DNA from: Macrostomum lignano
Lineage: Eukaryota
Length of the DNA stretch: 49,019 bases
Assembly (NCBI GenBank): GCA_002269645.1
Contig: NIVC01004355.1
Coordinates: 1 to 49,019, forward strand
Direction: 5' to 3'
The notes under the pieces were generated by a model that was not told the origin of the DNA, made no database searches, and saw nothing but the letters and a program-made list of their open reading frames with translations. Positions within the stretch are counted from its first letter, which is position 1. The number at the start of each line of letters is the position of its first letter. A program made the translations under genes and the position numbers. Of this stretch, positions 1 to 13,015 are shown in pieces.

Positions 1-2580
1 TCACACCTGAAAATGCTCGAGCCAGTCGCACCTGATAATGATCAAGCCAGTCACACGCTGATAATGATCCAGCCAGTCACACCCGATAATGATCAAGCTA
101 GTCAGCACCTGATAAATGACAAGGCCAGTCACACCTGATAATGATCAAGCCAGTCACACCTGATAATGATCAAGCGTCACACCTGAAAATGCTCAAAGCC
201 AGTCACACACCTGATAATGATCCAGCCATCACACAGATAATGACCCAGGCCAGTCACACCGCGATAATGATCAAGCCAGTCACACCTGATAATGATCAAG
301 CAGTCCCACCTGATAATGATCAAGCCAGTCACACCTGATAATGATCAAGCTCAGTCACACCTGATAATGTTCAAGCCAGTCACACCTGATAATGTTCAAG
401 CCAGTCACACCTGATAATGATCAGCGCAGGGACAGCCTGATAATGCTCAACAGTCACACCTGAAAATGCTCGAGCCAGTCACACCTGATAATGATCCAGC
501 CAGTCACACCTCGATAATGATGCAGCCCAGTCACACACCGATAATGATCAAGCTAGTCACACGTGATAATGATCAAGCCAGTCACACCTGATAATGATCA
601 TCCAGCCAGTCACACCTGATAATGATCAAGCCGTCACGCCTGAAAATGCTCAAGCCAGTCACACCTGATAATGATCCAGCCAGTCACACCAGATAATGAC
701 CCAGCCAGTCACACCCGATATGATCAAGCCAGTCACACCTGATAATGATCAAGCCAGTCCCACCTGATAATGATCAAGCCAGTCACACCTGATAATGATC
801 AAGCCAGTCACACGCTGATAATGTTCAAGCCAGTCACACCTGATAATGTTCAAGCCAGTCACACCTGATAATGATCAAGCCAGGGACACCTGATAATGCT
901 CAACCCAGTCACACCTGATAATGCTCACCCAGTCACACCTGATAAAGATCAACCCAGACACACCTGATAATGATCAATGCCAGTCACACCTGATACTGAT
1001 CAAGCCATTCACACCTGATAATGATCAAGCCAGTCACACATCCGCGTGAAAATGCTCAAGCCAGTCACACCTGATAATGATCCAGCCAGTCACACCTGAT
1101 AATGATCAAGCCAGTCACACCTGATGATGATCAAGCCAGTCACACCTGATAATGATCAAGCCAGTCACACCTGATAATGATCCAGCCAGTCACACCTGAA
1201 ATGCTCAAGCCAGTCACACCTGATAATGATCCAGCCAGTCACACCAAGATAATGACCCAGCCAGTCACACCCTATAATGATCAAGCCAGTCACACCTGAT
1301 AATGATCAAGCCAGTCCCACCTGATAATGATCAAGCCAGTCCCACCTGATAATGATCAAGCCAGTCACACCTGATAATGTTCAAGCCAGTCACACCTGAT
1401 AATGTTCAAGCCAGTCACACCTGATAATGATCAAGCCAGGGACACCTGATAATGCTCAACCCAGTCACACCTGATAATGGCTCAACCAGTCACACCTGAT
1501 AAAGATCAACCCAGACACACCTGATAATGATCAAGCCAGTCACACCTGATACTGATCAAGCCATTCACACCTGATAATGATCAAGCCAGTCACACCTGAA
1601 AATGCTCAAAGCCAGTCACACCTGATAATGATCCAGCCAGTCACACCTGATAATGATCAAGCCAGTCACACCTGATGATGATCAAGCCAGTCACACCTGA
1701 AAATGCTCAACCAGTCACACCTGATAATGATCAAGCTAGTCACACCTGATAATGATCAAGCCAGTAACACCTGAAAATGCTCAAGCCAGTCACACCTGAT
1801 AATGATCCAGCCAGTCACACACTGAAAATGCTCAAGCCAGTCACACCTGATAATGATCCAGCCAGTCACACCTGAAATGCTCGAGCCAGTCACACCTGAT
1901 AATGATCAAGCCAGTCACACCTGATAATGATCCAGCCAGTCACACCCGATAATGATCAAGCTAGTCACACCTGATAATGATCAAGCCAGTCACACCTGAT
2001 AATGATCAAGCCAGTCACACCTGATAATGATCAAGCCAGTCACACCTGAAAATGCTCAAGCCAGTCACACCTGATAATGATCCAGCCAGTCACACCAGAT
2101 AATGCTCAACCCAGTCACACCTGATAAAGATCAAGCGCCAGTCACACCGCGAAATGCTCAACCCAGTCACACCTGATAATGCTCAACCCAGTCACACCTG
2201 ATAATGCTCAACCCAGTCACACCTGATAATGTTCAACCCAGTCACACCTGATAATGCTCAACCCAGTCACACCTGATAAAGATCAACCCAGTCACACCTG
2301 ATAAAGATCAACCCACACCTGATAATGCTCAACCCATTCACACCTGATAATGATTAACCCAGTCACACCTGATAATGCTCAACCCAGTCACACCTGATAA
2401 AGATCAACCCACACCTGATAATGCTCAACCCATTCACACCTGATAATGCTCAACCCAGTCACACCTGATAATGCTCAACCCAGTCACACCTGATAATGCT
2501 CAACCCAGTCACACCTGATAATGCTCAACCCAGTCACACCTGATAATGCTCAACCCAGTCACACCTGATAATGATTAAGA
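1..2580. repeat. 25-bp minisatellite (CCAGTCACACCTGATAATGATCAAG)n, ~100 copies, runs off the left edge
   Basis: Unit read directly. Variants include AAAATGCTC and a CAACCCAG type that dominates after ~2100. Scattered 1-2 nt indels, mainly in the first ~700 bp. Confidence 0.97.
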
Positions 2581-2840
2581 CAGTCAACAAGTAAGCCATT
2601 TTAACAATTGAAAATTAATTTTATGAAATATTTTAGTAGTACATGCAATTTTTTCAATATATTTTAAAATCATTATGAGTTCAACGTGAATTAAAAATCT
2701 TTTTTCTATCATTAGTTAATCTTACCTTTCAGCCTACAATTAAATTAATATATAATACACAGATACAACCAGTTTTTGCAGCTTATATCAAAGCTTATCA
2801 AAAGATGTTCAGTCTTGATTACTCATTAAAGTAGTAATCC

Positions 2841-3612
2841 TTAGTTGCAGTTGTCAGCTGAGCACACTGAGCAGTCTCCATAGTTAGGCAAGGAGGTGAG
2901 GCTTAAGCAGCCGTCCTTGTCCAGGTAGCAGGCCCTGTAGTACTGAAAATGTTTTTGGCCAATCATTTTATATTACTGCCACAAGTAGTAAGAGGTCGCA
3001 ACAGGCCATGTGTTTAAACGGATTTAGACAAAACTGCAATTCGACACTGGTAGAATTCACGTCATACCGATTTCCTGCCGCCGATGGCAACTGAGAACCT
3101 GATGCAGTAGTCATAACCTGCCACACAGTTTACACTGGCTGCTCTGCCGTCTGGCGATGGAGCGTTGGATGCTGAGTGACATCGAAGTCCAGCTGCGGGT
3201 CTGGGCGAATCGGGGTATGTTGTGAGCTGTGACTGGGTGCTGACACTACCGTTCTGACTGTGACTGAGTGCTGTGGCTGTGACTGTGACTGTGACTGTGA
3301 CTGTGACTGTGACACCGTGACTGTGAATGTAACACTGTGACCGTGACTGTGACACTGTGACTGTGACTATGAAACTGTGACTGTGACTGTGACTGGGACA
3401 CCGTGACTGTGACTGGGACTGGGACTGTGACTGTGACTATGGCTGTGACAGCAGTCTCCCATGATGCAAACAATGAAAGTGACTCTTTTCATTTCACACT
3501 AACCTACAAGTATCTCTCAGAACTCAAATCATAACGCCAGATTACAAAACTCACCGATTGCATTGAAAGCTAGCATTAGCAGAATAGCAGAGCAGGCAGT
3601 TTGTCTCAGCAT
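2841..3612 (-). CDS. Secreted three-finger (Ly6/uPAR/toxin-like) protein, 94 aa, 3 exons, no GPI tail
   Basis: Exons 3612-3555, 3192-3068, 2942-2841 with GT-AG sites and matching phases (1,0). Protein MLRQTACSAILLMLAFNAIAGLRCHSASNAPSPDGRAASVNCVAGYDYCIRFSVAIGGRKSYYRACYLDKDGCLSLTSLPNYGDCSVCSADNCN*. Signal peptide, 8 mature Cys, terminal CxxCxxDxCN motif. Clear paralog at 5812-6904 with the same intron positions. Confidence 0.88.
3227..3448. repeat. (GTGACT)n hexamer microsatellite in intron 1 of the first three-finger gene
   Basis: Direct reading. It explains the SQSQ and VTVT ORFs in the track. Confidence 0.93.
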
Positions 3613-3688
3613 TCTGTGGCTCTTCTGTCTAAACTTTTCTGTCCGCGGAGAATAGCAAATAAAGAATGCCAGTTTCGATGTCAGAACC

Positions 3689-3695
3689 TTAAATA
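3689..3695 (-). promoter_or_regulatory. Candidate TATA box (cagcTATTTAA) ~80 nt upstream of the first three-finger ATG
   Basis: Motif and position only; the transcription start is unknown. Confidence 0.3.
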
Positions 3696-3854
3696 GCTGG
3701 GGCGCTCAGCTTGAACCAACCAGTACGCCAGCACTGCATTGTGCGTGAGTACGGCATACAGACAGAACTTCCACATCTGATGTACAACTGCAGTCAGAGG
3801 TGCATATTGAACTCTGAGATTATTTATTTACAAAAAAATATTAATTGCTCAGAG

Positions 3855-3927
3855 CGACCACGCCAGGACTCGAACCTGGAATCTTCTGATCCGTAGTCAG
3901 ACGCGTTATCCATTGCGCCACGCGGCC
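3855..3927 (-). tRNA. tRNA-Arg-ACG: tRNA-Arg(ACG), copy 1
   Basis: 73-nt cloverleaf GGCCGCGTGGCGCAATGGATAACGCGTCTGACTACGGATCAGAAGATTCCAGGTTCGAGTCCTGGCGTGGTCG. A and B boxes intact, anticodon ACG, T-run terminator downstream. Confidence 0.97.
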
Positions 3928-4081
3928 CTCGAAATTTGGTAGTCCTTGAGCATTCCTTTATCCTTTATCTGTTTGATCACATGCCAATCTCTTAATGGAT
4001 ACGATTTCAGTAGTAATTATAGAGCATGTTAAATCTTTTGAGGAAAAACTGAATTCCAGAGAAATTCGAATTATTCGAATT

Positions 4082-4560
4082 CCACCTATTCCAATGCCTC
4101 ACTGACACCTATTCCAATGCCTCACTGACACCTATTCCATGCCTCACTGACACCTATTCCAATGCCTCACTGACACCTATTCCAATGCCTCACTGACACC
4201 TATTCCAATGCCTCACTGACACCTATTCCAATGCCTCACTGACATCTATTCCAATGCAGCACTGACACCTATTCCAATGCCTCACTGACACCTATTCCAA
4301 TACCTCACTGACACCTATTCCAATGCCTCACTGACACCAATCCCATGCCTTACTGACATCTATTCCAATGCCTCACTGACACCTATTCCAATGCCTCACT
4401 GAAACCTATTCCAATGCCTCACTGACACCTATTCCAATGCCTCACTGACACCTATTCCAATGCCTCACTGACACCTATTCCAATGCCTCACGTACACCTA
4501 TTCCAATGCCTCACTGACACCTATTCCAATGCCTCACTGACACGTGACACCTATTGCAAT
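4082..4560. repeat. 23-bp minisatellite (CACCTATTCCAATGCCTCACTGA)n, ~20 copies, between tRNA copies 1 and 2
   Basis: Direct reading. Confidence 0.96.
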
Positions 4561-4655
4561 GCAGCACGGAGACCCACCGGATTTCTTGCCAAACGACTAT
4601 TTTGTTTTTGTGGCCATATAAAAATACAAGTAAAATCGAAAAATATATTTCAGAG

Positions 4656-4728
4656 CGACCACGCCAGGACTCGAACCTGGAATCTTCTGATCCGTAGTCA
4701 GACGCGTTATCCATTGCGCCACGCGGCC
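4656..4728 (-). tRNA. tRNA-Arg-ACG: tRNA-Arg(ACG), copy 2
   Basis: Identical to copy 1; T5 terminator follows. Confidence 0.97.
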
Positions 4729-4994
4729 CTCGGCATTTGGCAGTCCTTGAGCACGGATTTCTAATTTTATTTACAAAAGCGGAGCTACTGCCAAGCATGT
4801 TTGATCACGCGGCCTGCATGTGACTTTGCGAGGCTTGGCTGGGAATGTTGAAATCGGAAACGGCTTTAAGAGGCTCTTGGTGAACACTCGTTTTTAAAGG
4901 CAACAACTGCATTTCAGTTTTGTCTAATGTCTCTAATGTCCACCGATAACTACTTTAATGTTCTTAACTTAAATGTAAGGAAAAAAATTTAAAA

Positions 4995-5067
4995 CGACCA
5001 CGCCAGGACTCGAACCTGGAATCTTCTGATCCGTAGTCAGACGCGTTATCCATTGCGCCACGCGGCC
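4995..5067 (-). tRNA. tRNA-Arg-ACG: tRNA-Arg(ACG), copy 3
   Basis: Identical to copy 1; TTTT immediately downstream. Confidence 0.97.
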
Positions 5068-5449
5068 CTCGGTACTACACGAATTTTTACCTGGTACATA
5101 AATATCAAGAAACCCATTGTTTAACCTGCTGTCTGCTTTCTGTTAGGGAGGCAAATATTTCTTGTTCTACTACTGCTAAGTCAGTAGCGTGTGGAAGTTC
5201 GTGGTTTCTATTTTGAAACGCATAATAAAACGCATCTTAAGCATAATAATGTCAATGGTAAGGGTCGATGTGTAATATTTTAATTAAGGGGTTATTTATA
5301 TAGTATTGATAATGTTTCAACTCGCTGTTCAAACGGCGAACGCTAACATAAAATACGCAGCACTTATTAACTTTTAAAGCCATAAAACTATACGAGCGTA
5401 AGGTTTATAATTATGTGATAAGGTAAGAAAAAAGTTAATGGAACAACAG

Positions 5450-5640
5450 ACCAGGTGAGATACGAACCCAGGTTGGATGAGAAATCAAATAAGATAATTA
5501 ATTAGGTAAGATACATTGTAAGAACCCAGGTAAGATGGGAAATCACTAATCAGATAAGACAAACTAATCAGGTAAGTTAGGAACCCAGGTAAAAAGAGAA
5601 ATAAGATAAATAATTAGGCGAGATAAGAAATCAGGTAGCA
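5450..5640. repeat. Degenerate ~58-bp repeat (GAACCCAGGT...GAAAT...AGGTAAG), about 3 copies
   Basis: GAACCCAGGT recurs near 5464, 5522 and 5581; the rest is diverged. Confidence 0.5.
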
Positions 5641-5811
5641 TAATTAGCAGGATGAGATAAGAAGCAATATACGATGGGCAATCAACCATAAAGCACTATT
5701 TAAAAGTTCCCCTCCGCAAATAACCAAATTCAGCGACTAAAAATGTTTGTGTTTCCTCACAGTTTCAAACAGTCACGCCCAAGTTCTACTACCAATTATA
5801 GACGTTCTTGT

Positions 5812-6904
<1,093 letters not shown>

Positions 6905-7019
6905 TGTCCAATTATCTCTATATAAGAGTGGAATTGAATCTGCAAGACAGCGACCGCTAGTTCAAGGCCTCAAGTACGGGGGGCTTACGATGTAAACTAT
7001 TTTCGACCTGCTCATTGCT

Positions 7020-7026
7020 TTTTATA
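7020..7026 (-). promoter_or_regulatory. Candidate TATA box (gagcTATAAAA) ~115 nt upstream of the second three-finger ATG
   Basis: Consensus motif at a plausible position. Confidence 0.4.
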
Positions 7027-7375
7027 GCTCATTTTTTGTGCTCATGAACCTCGTCTACTGCAACAATTGCTTTTCATAGTATGCTACTCAAGCGTACTTG
7101 GAGATTTTTAGAAACGGCGCACTGTAAATTTAGAATTACAATATGTAGTTCTGAAAGAAACAGAAGTTCCACTTTGTTGCTTTAAGTTATGCTTACACAG
7201 GGCCGCTGTGTGCGTCTGATGTGTAAACTTCAACCTGCTACTTCGTAAAGTAATAATTCAAAAAATATTCACTACGATCAGTCTAAACTAGATGGGAACC
7301 ATCTGTTGTTGGACCATCTAAAACACTTCTGACATTAAATCTGACACAATTTAACATTTGAGCTGGGATAATCTA

Positions 7376-8150
7376 CCACCCGTCTGACATGATCTAACCC
7401 CGTCTGACATGATCTAACCCCCATCTGACATGATCTAACCCCTATCTGAAATGATCTAACCTCTATCTGACATGATCTAACCCCTATCTGACATGATCTA
7501 ATCCCGATCTGACATGATCTAACCCCTATCTGAAATGATCTAACCCCTATCTGACATGATCTAATCCCGATCTGACATGATCTAACCCCTATCTGACATA
7601 ATCTAACCCCCGTCTGACATGATCTAATCCCGATCTGACATGATCTAATCCCCATCTGACATGATCTAACCCCCGTCTGACATGATCTAACCCCCCGTCT
7701 GACATGATCTAACCCCTATCTGACATGATCTAATCCCGATCTGACATGAACTAACCCCCGTCTGACATGATTTTACCCCCGTCTGACATGATCTAGCCCC
7801 CATCTGACATGATCTAACCCCATCTGACATGATCTAGCCCCCATCTGACATGATCTAGCCCCCATCTGACATGATCTAGCCCCCATCTGACATGATCTAA
7901 CCCCGTCTGACATGATCTTACCCCCCGTCTGACATGATCTTACCCCCATCTGACATGATCTTACCCCCCGTCTGACATGATCTAGCCCCAATCTGACATG
8001 ATCTAGCCCCAATCTGACATGATCTAGCCCCCATCTGACATGATCTAACCCCCATCTAACATGATCCAACCCCCATCTGACATGATCTAACCCCATCTGA
8101 CATGATCTAAAACCCACTGAATTGATTCACCACCCGTCTGACATGATCAG
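7376..8150. repeat. ~20-22-bp minisatellite (ATCTGACATGATCTAACCCC)n with variable C-run
   Basis: Direct reading. It explains the GIRSCQ and GLDHVR ORFs. Confidence 0.95.
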
Positions 8151-8565
8151 ACGCACATCGGACACAAGTCTGACCCCTAAATGTATTTATTTGTCACCGG
8201 TCACAAACAAGTACACAGATAACAGAAAACAACTCTTTTTAACACCCACTCCATCTGACATCCCAATTGACACATCTGTCACGCATGACACAGTATGGAA
8301 GCTTCTATCTACCTTAGATTTTTTAAACTTTAAAATAAAATCTGGCTTTAGAATTTCCGATAGTCTACTTTAAGTAGCATGATTTACGTTTTAGAATAAA
8401 AAATACAGTTGAACAAACTGGATTCAGCTGGATTTTACTCAAGCTACCAGTGGAGTAAAGATTATATTTATAAACTAAGTTGGGAGTAGGGAAGCTTTTG
8501 CTGCCTGCGCTAACCCAAGCCAGTGCGACTAAAGTTTTTTTGCTCACAACGGCAGATGTTTCAGC

Positions 8566-8572
8566 TATAAAA
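8566..8572 (+). promoter_or_regulatory. Candidate TATA box (cagcTATAAAA) ~200 nt upstream of the orphan peptide ATG
   Basis: Consensus motif; the transcription start is unknown. Confidence 0.35.
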
Positions 8573-8773
8573 TTCAAGTTACCAAGTCGGCAAAGCCCGC
8601 AACAGCTTGCTTTTAGGTGCAACATTTCCCAAAACTAAAAAGCGCTCTGTCTTTAGTACAAAAGCAGAATGGAACAGAAACTTTTGTTACACAAGGTGAC
8701 AAATTTAGTATTGTGCAAATTTCGAAACTTCAAACTAGTTTCAATATCTGCCAGTTTCTGCCAAAACTAAGCT

Positions 8774-9058
8774 ATGACGACCAGACTCTGCAACACGCTG
8801 CTTCTTGTAGCAGTGATAGCGTTGGCAATGTGTGCATTGCAGGCCGAGTCAGCGGCGGTCCTGAGAACCATGAATTGCTACGGCGCCGACAGGGCCAACT
8901 GCATTCGCTTCGCCATCGACCACATGAAAGACCCATTCGGCATGTGCAAGACCTGCAAGCCGGAGTTTGACAGGCAGTCCAACCTGATCCATGGCCTACA
9001 GTTGTACGTCAACTGCTGCACTCGAATGATCAGCCTGATCTCGTCCGCTGTGTTTTAA
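8774..9058 (+). CDS. Intronless small secreted cysteine-rich protein, 94 aa, family unknown
   Basis: GC-rich, codon-biased ORF inside AT-rich DNA. Hydrophobic signal peptide (LLLVAVIALAMCALQAES). Six mature Cys in the pattern C-x7-C-x14-C-x2-C-x19-CC. Confidence 0.8.
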   Translation: MTTRLCNTLLLVAVIALAMCALQAESAAVLRTMNCYGADRANCIRFAIDHMKDPFGMCKTCKPEFDRQSNLIHGLQLYVNCCTRMISLISSAVF

Positions 9059-10028
9059 TAATGCTGGCAACAGGGTGTAAAACTGAAGAATTCAACTTTA
9101 ATTGACGAAGTCTTGCCTCTTAATTACATTTTTAATCAACCGCATTCATTCATTCAATTTGTTTCAGAGCTTGCCATGCAGAACAGTGAGTTAAATATGA
9201 TTCAAGAGTACTGAGCAAACACCGATAGCTAAAATAGCTGAGCTAAGGCTGAAGCCTTTTGTCTTTTGTCTTTGTCTTTGGTCGAAAAGTAAATGTAGGA
9301 GCCTGAGGATTTATAATTTCGACTTCGGTTTTAATTGCTATATCGGCTCTCTACAGTATGTTTGCTTGGTACTTTTTGGTTCTGATTTAGCTAGCTGAGA
9401 AATATTCATAAATTTTTTTCAGTGATTCATTTCGTATATTTGATATCTTTCCTTGCACCATGCTATTGCACTAAATTAATGGACTTTTAACCACAGACAT
9501 AGTAAGTGTTGGAAAGTTAAAACTTCTATGGCTAAAATGCGATCAATAAGTTAATCAATGTCCAATAAAATTTTATCTTTTAAAACAAAAAATGTAGTCT
9601 TAATACTTTGGTTTAAAGAAGCAATATAATTTTATAATGCTTTTTAGCACTTTTGCACGCGGTAACTGTGAATAATTTGATACTTTTAAAAACAATTTTT
9701 AACAATCTGGTTTCAGCTGCACACAGTTAATTGTTTTAATGTACTTCTAATATTTAATCAAGTGGAAATTGTGAAATTGGTAAAAATATACAAAAGGATT
9801 GAAAACTCAATTGGTTTATTATAATCAGTTGTAGAAATCTATTTAGTTTATTACAGAAATTTATATTTTGCAAACTGTAGCGCCATCGACAAAGGAGTTG
9901 ATTTTTTGTTTTATTAAAATCCCGACGTAATAAAATTCAGCTGAAAGCGAGCTGTAAGCTAGGGCATATTTTTAACAAGTGGGGCTTGTCATCGACTCTT
10001 TATGAAAGTTTAAAGTTAACCTGACAGT

Positions 10029-10757
10029 TCAGACCACCCGAATAACCATGCGGCCGCACGACTGAACCCTCGATGAGCCGTCTTTCAGACTGAACTGGAT
10101 CATGTAGGTCGTCTGTGGGAAAAATGCAAAACGATGAAATTGTAAATTTTATTAAAAAGTAGTAAAAGTATTTAAATGAGATAAAAGGACAGCAGCTAGG
10201 ACTCACGGGTGGGAAGAACTGCTCAATCAGCAGCGGCATCCGGTAATTGTACACTTGGTTGCGCACGATCGGGCACTCGCTGCCGTCAACCAAGTTGTTG
10301 CAGGCGTTGCTCTCGAAGCTGTTGCTGGCCAGCGGCATCGGGCTGCTCATGCCGCGAGACTTGCCAAAAACAGCGGCAGTCAGGGTGGAGCTGTCGCTAG
10401 CTGCAAAACAATGTTTTGATTATCAATTGATTATAGACTAACAGAAGCGCCATAAAAAGCTACTCATAGTAGGCTAGTGAGCGAGAACTCACTGGCTCGG
10501 AATCGCATGGACAAAGAGCGAGTCTCGCCGCGTCGCACCGTGCAGAGCCGCTGTCCTGCGCAGCCTTCGACATCGAAGTCCAGCGTCTTGGAGCCTGTAA
10601 AATCGAATTATAGCAAACTTCAATCAGCAAATTGTTAAAGAATTATTAACAGCTACATGTAGCTGTACCCACCGCCTGGACAAGGCCTCCAGAAGGTGCC
10701 GGACACGCAGGTGAAGCTGGCCAGGGCCAGGCAAGCGATGAGAACACACTTCATCAT
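10029..10757 (-). CDS. NPC2: NPC2 / ML-domain lipid-binding protein, 154 aa, 4 exons
   Basis: Exons 10757-10673, 10594-10493, 10400-10207, 10112-10029 (phases 1,1,0). Signal peptide, WRPC...DVEGC...CTVRRG, NAC...ECPIVRNQVYNYRMPLLI..FP, and a terminal QFSLKD..VQSC. The six Cys match the ML-domain pattern. Confidence 0.88.
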
Positions 10758-11649
10758 GGTTGCTTTCTTAGCTTTACTTGTTGCTATACTCGAGCGTAGT
10801 GTTACAGAACTTTGCCAGTCCAGAATTGTGGGCTCGGGGCCCCGGTCGGGTTTTTATGGACCATCACCTCTGAGTTCTTATCGCACCTGCGACCGGGGGC
10901 CAACCCCAGCCGACTCGGTTCAAGGTCAAGTGCAGATAAATCTAGTTAAATGCAGATCAAAAGCTAAAAATCTGAGTGCAAGGGGTGAACTTGAAACTTG
11001 GGGGGAGGGGGGCAGAGGCTAGCTCTGCCACCAGTGCTTTTCCATTGGAAATGCGCTAAAAACCAGCTTTCACAACAGGAGTCACATGCAAGTTCGAGTT
11101 CGTTGCTTATTTCAGCACCCAAGTTTGCTGGTTCTGTCGAACTCTCTCAGGCTGCAGAGCTGCGGGTTGGGTTTAATCTGGTCGTTATCTGATTAAGTTG
11201 AACTTTGCTTTGAACTGGCTGGCTTCTGGGGCAGCTTCAACTTGCTTTTTAACTTGATAGTGTCAATAAGTCAACAGGAAATCCAATGTTACTTTGCAAA
11301 CTCTTTTTCGCTAGTACGTGACGCATGAAAGCATCATGTCGCTCTGCTATTTGGTGGGGCCTAGATCAGAATTTTGAATTCCCACTAACTGGAACCTGTC
11401 AATTATATTCTAGTTTCAGCGATATTAACAGATTTTCCATTGAAATTCGATGAAAAATAGTCTTTAAATCAAAAGAAATCCAACGAACTATCAAGTACGC
11501 GGGAACTCAGACATTATCTGTTATTGTGCTCCTATGTGAATCTCTTTTATCTCATTTAAGTCGTCCTCTGTGCTCGCTTAAAGTAAATGACAAACAATAT
11601 ATCTGCGTGCATGCTACTTAGCGCACACAGAGGAAATCTTTTAAATTAA

Positions 11650-13015
11650 TCTAGATGCTACACACTTTTAGTCTATGGCTAAAAGCATCACTCGAAGAAC
11701 TGATAGACACTATATGCTAGGCCTAGTTAGTCTATGGCCAAAAGAAGCCTTAATAGAAGAACTGAGAGACACTACGGTACATGCTAAACTTATATACTCT
11801 ATGGCCAGAAGCCTCACTTGACTAACTGCTAGAAACTTTGTGCTAGATCTAGTTAGTCTATGGCCAGAAGCCCCACTTGACTAACTGCTAGAAACTTTGT
11901 GCTGGATCTAGTTAGTCTATGGCCAGAAGCCCCACTTGACTAACTGCTAGAAACTTTGTGCTAGATCTAGTTAGTCTATGGCCAGAAGCCCCACTTGACT
12001 AACTGCTAGAAACTTTGTGCTAGATCTAGTTAGTCTATGGCCAGAAGCCCCACTTGACTAACTGCTAGAAACTTTGTGCTGGATCTAGTTAGTCTATGGC
12101 CAGAAGCCCCACTTGACTAACTGCTAGAAACTTTGTGCTAGATCTAGTTAGTCTATGGCCAGAAGCCCCACTTGACTAACTGCTAGAAACTTTGTGCTAG
12201 ATCTAGTTAGTCTATGGCCAGAAGCCTCACTTGAAGAACTGCTAGAAACTTTGTGCTAGATCTAGTTAGTCTATGGCCAGAAGCCTCACTTGAAGAACTG
12301 CTAGAAACTTTGTGCTAGATCTAGTTAGTCTATGGCCAGAAGCCTCACTTGAAGAACTGCTAGAAACTTTGTGCTAGATCTAGTTAGTCTATGGCCAGAA
12401 GCCTCACTTGAAGAACTGCTAGAAACTTTGTGCTAGATCTAGTTAGTCTATGGCCAGAAGCCTCACTTGAAGAACTGCTAGAAACTTTGTGCTAGATCTA
12501 GTTAGTCTATGGCCAGAAGCCCCACTTGACTAACTGCTAGAAACTTTGTGCTAGATCTAGTTAGTCTATGGCCAGAAGCCTCACTTGAAGAACTGCTAGA
12601 AACTTTGTGCTAGATCTAGTTAGTCTATGGCCAGAAGCCCCACTTGACTAACTGCTAGAAACTTTGTGCTGGATCTAGTTAGTCTATGGCCAGAAGCCTC
12701 ACTTGAAGAACTGCTAGAAACTTTGTGCTAGATCTAGTTAGTCTATGGCCAGAAGCCTCACTTGAAGAACTGCTAGAAACTTTGTGCTAGATCTAGTTAG
12801 TCTATGGCCAGAAGCCTCACTTGAAGAACTGCTAGAAACTTTGTGCTAGATCTAGTTAGTCTATGGCCAGAAGCCTCACTTGAAGAACTGCTAGAAACTT
12901 TGTGCTAGATCTAGTTAGTCTATGGCCAGAAGCCCCACTTGACTAACTGCTAGAAACTTTGTGCTAGATCTAGTTAGTCTATGGCCAGAAGCCTCACTTG
13001 AAGAACTGATAGACA
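11650..13015. repeat. 59-bp minisatellite, ~21 near-perfect copies (from ~11780) plus degenerate copies on the left
   Basis: Unit TAGATCTAGTTAGTCTATGGCCAGAAGCC(C/T)CACTTGA(CT/AG)AACTGCTAGAAACTTTGTGC, with two alternating variants. Confidence 0.97.

Noticed and set aside
2591-2732. Possible plus-strand intron (aa|gtaagc ... ctttcag|) or minus-strand 8-nt micro-exon
   Set aside because: No flanking reading frame or partner exon; the adjacent 25-bp repeat is stop-rich.
3941-4752. GTCCTTGAGCA in the tRNA upstream flanks matches the SINE CORE-like segment
   Set aside because: Only 11 nt, opposite orientation relative to the tRNA, and no further similarity.
8365-8970. 86-aa and 117-aa ORFs near or overlapping the orphan peptide
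   Set aside because: AT-rich non-coding composition, or alternative-frame shadows of the 8774-9058 gene.
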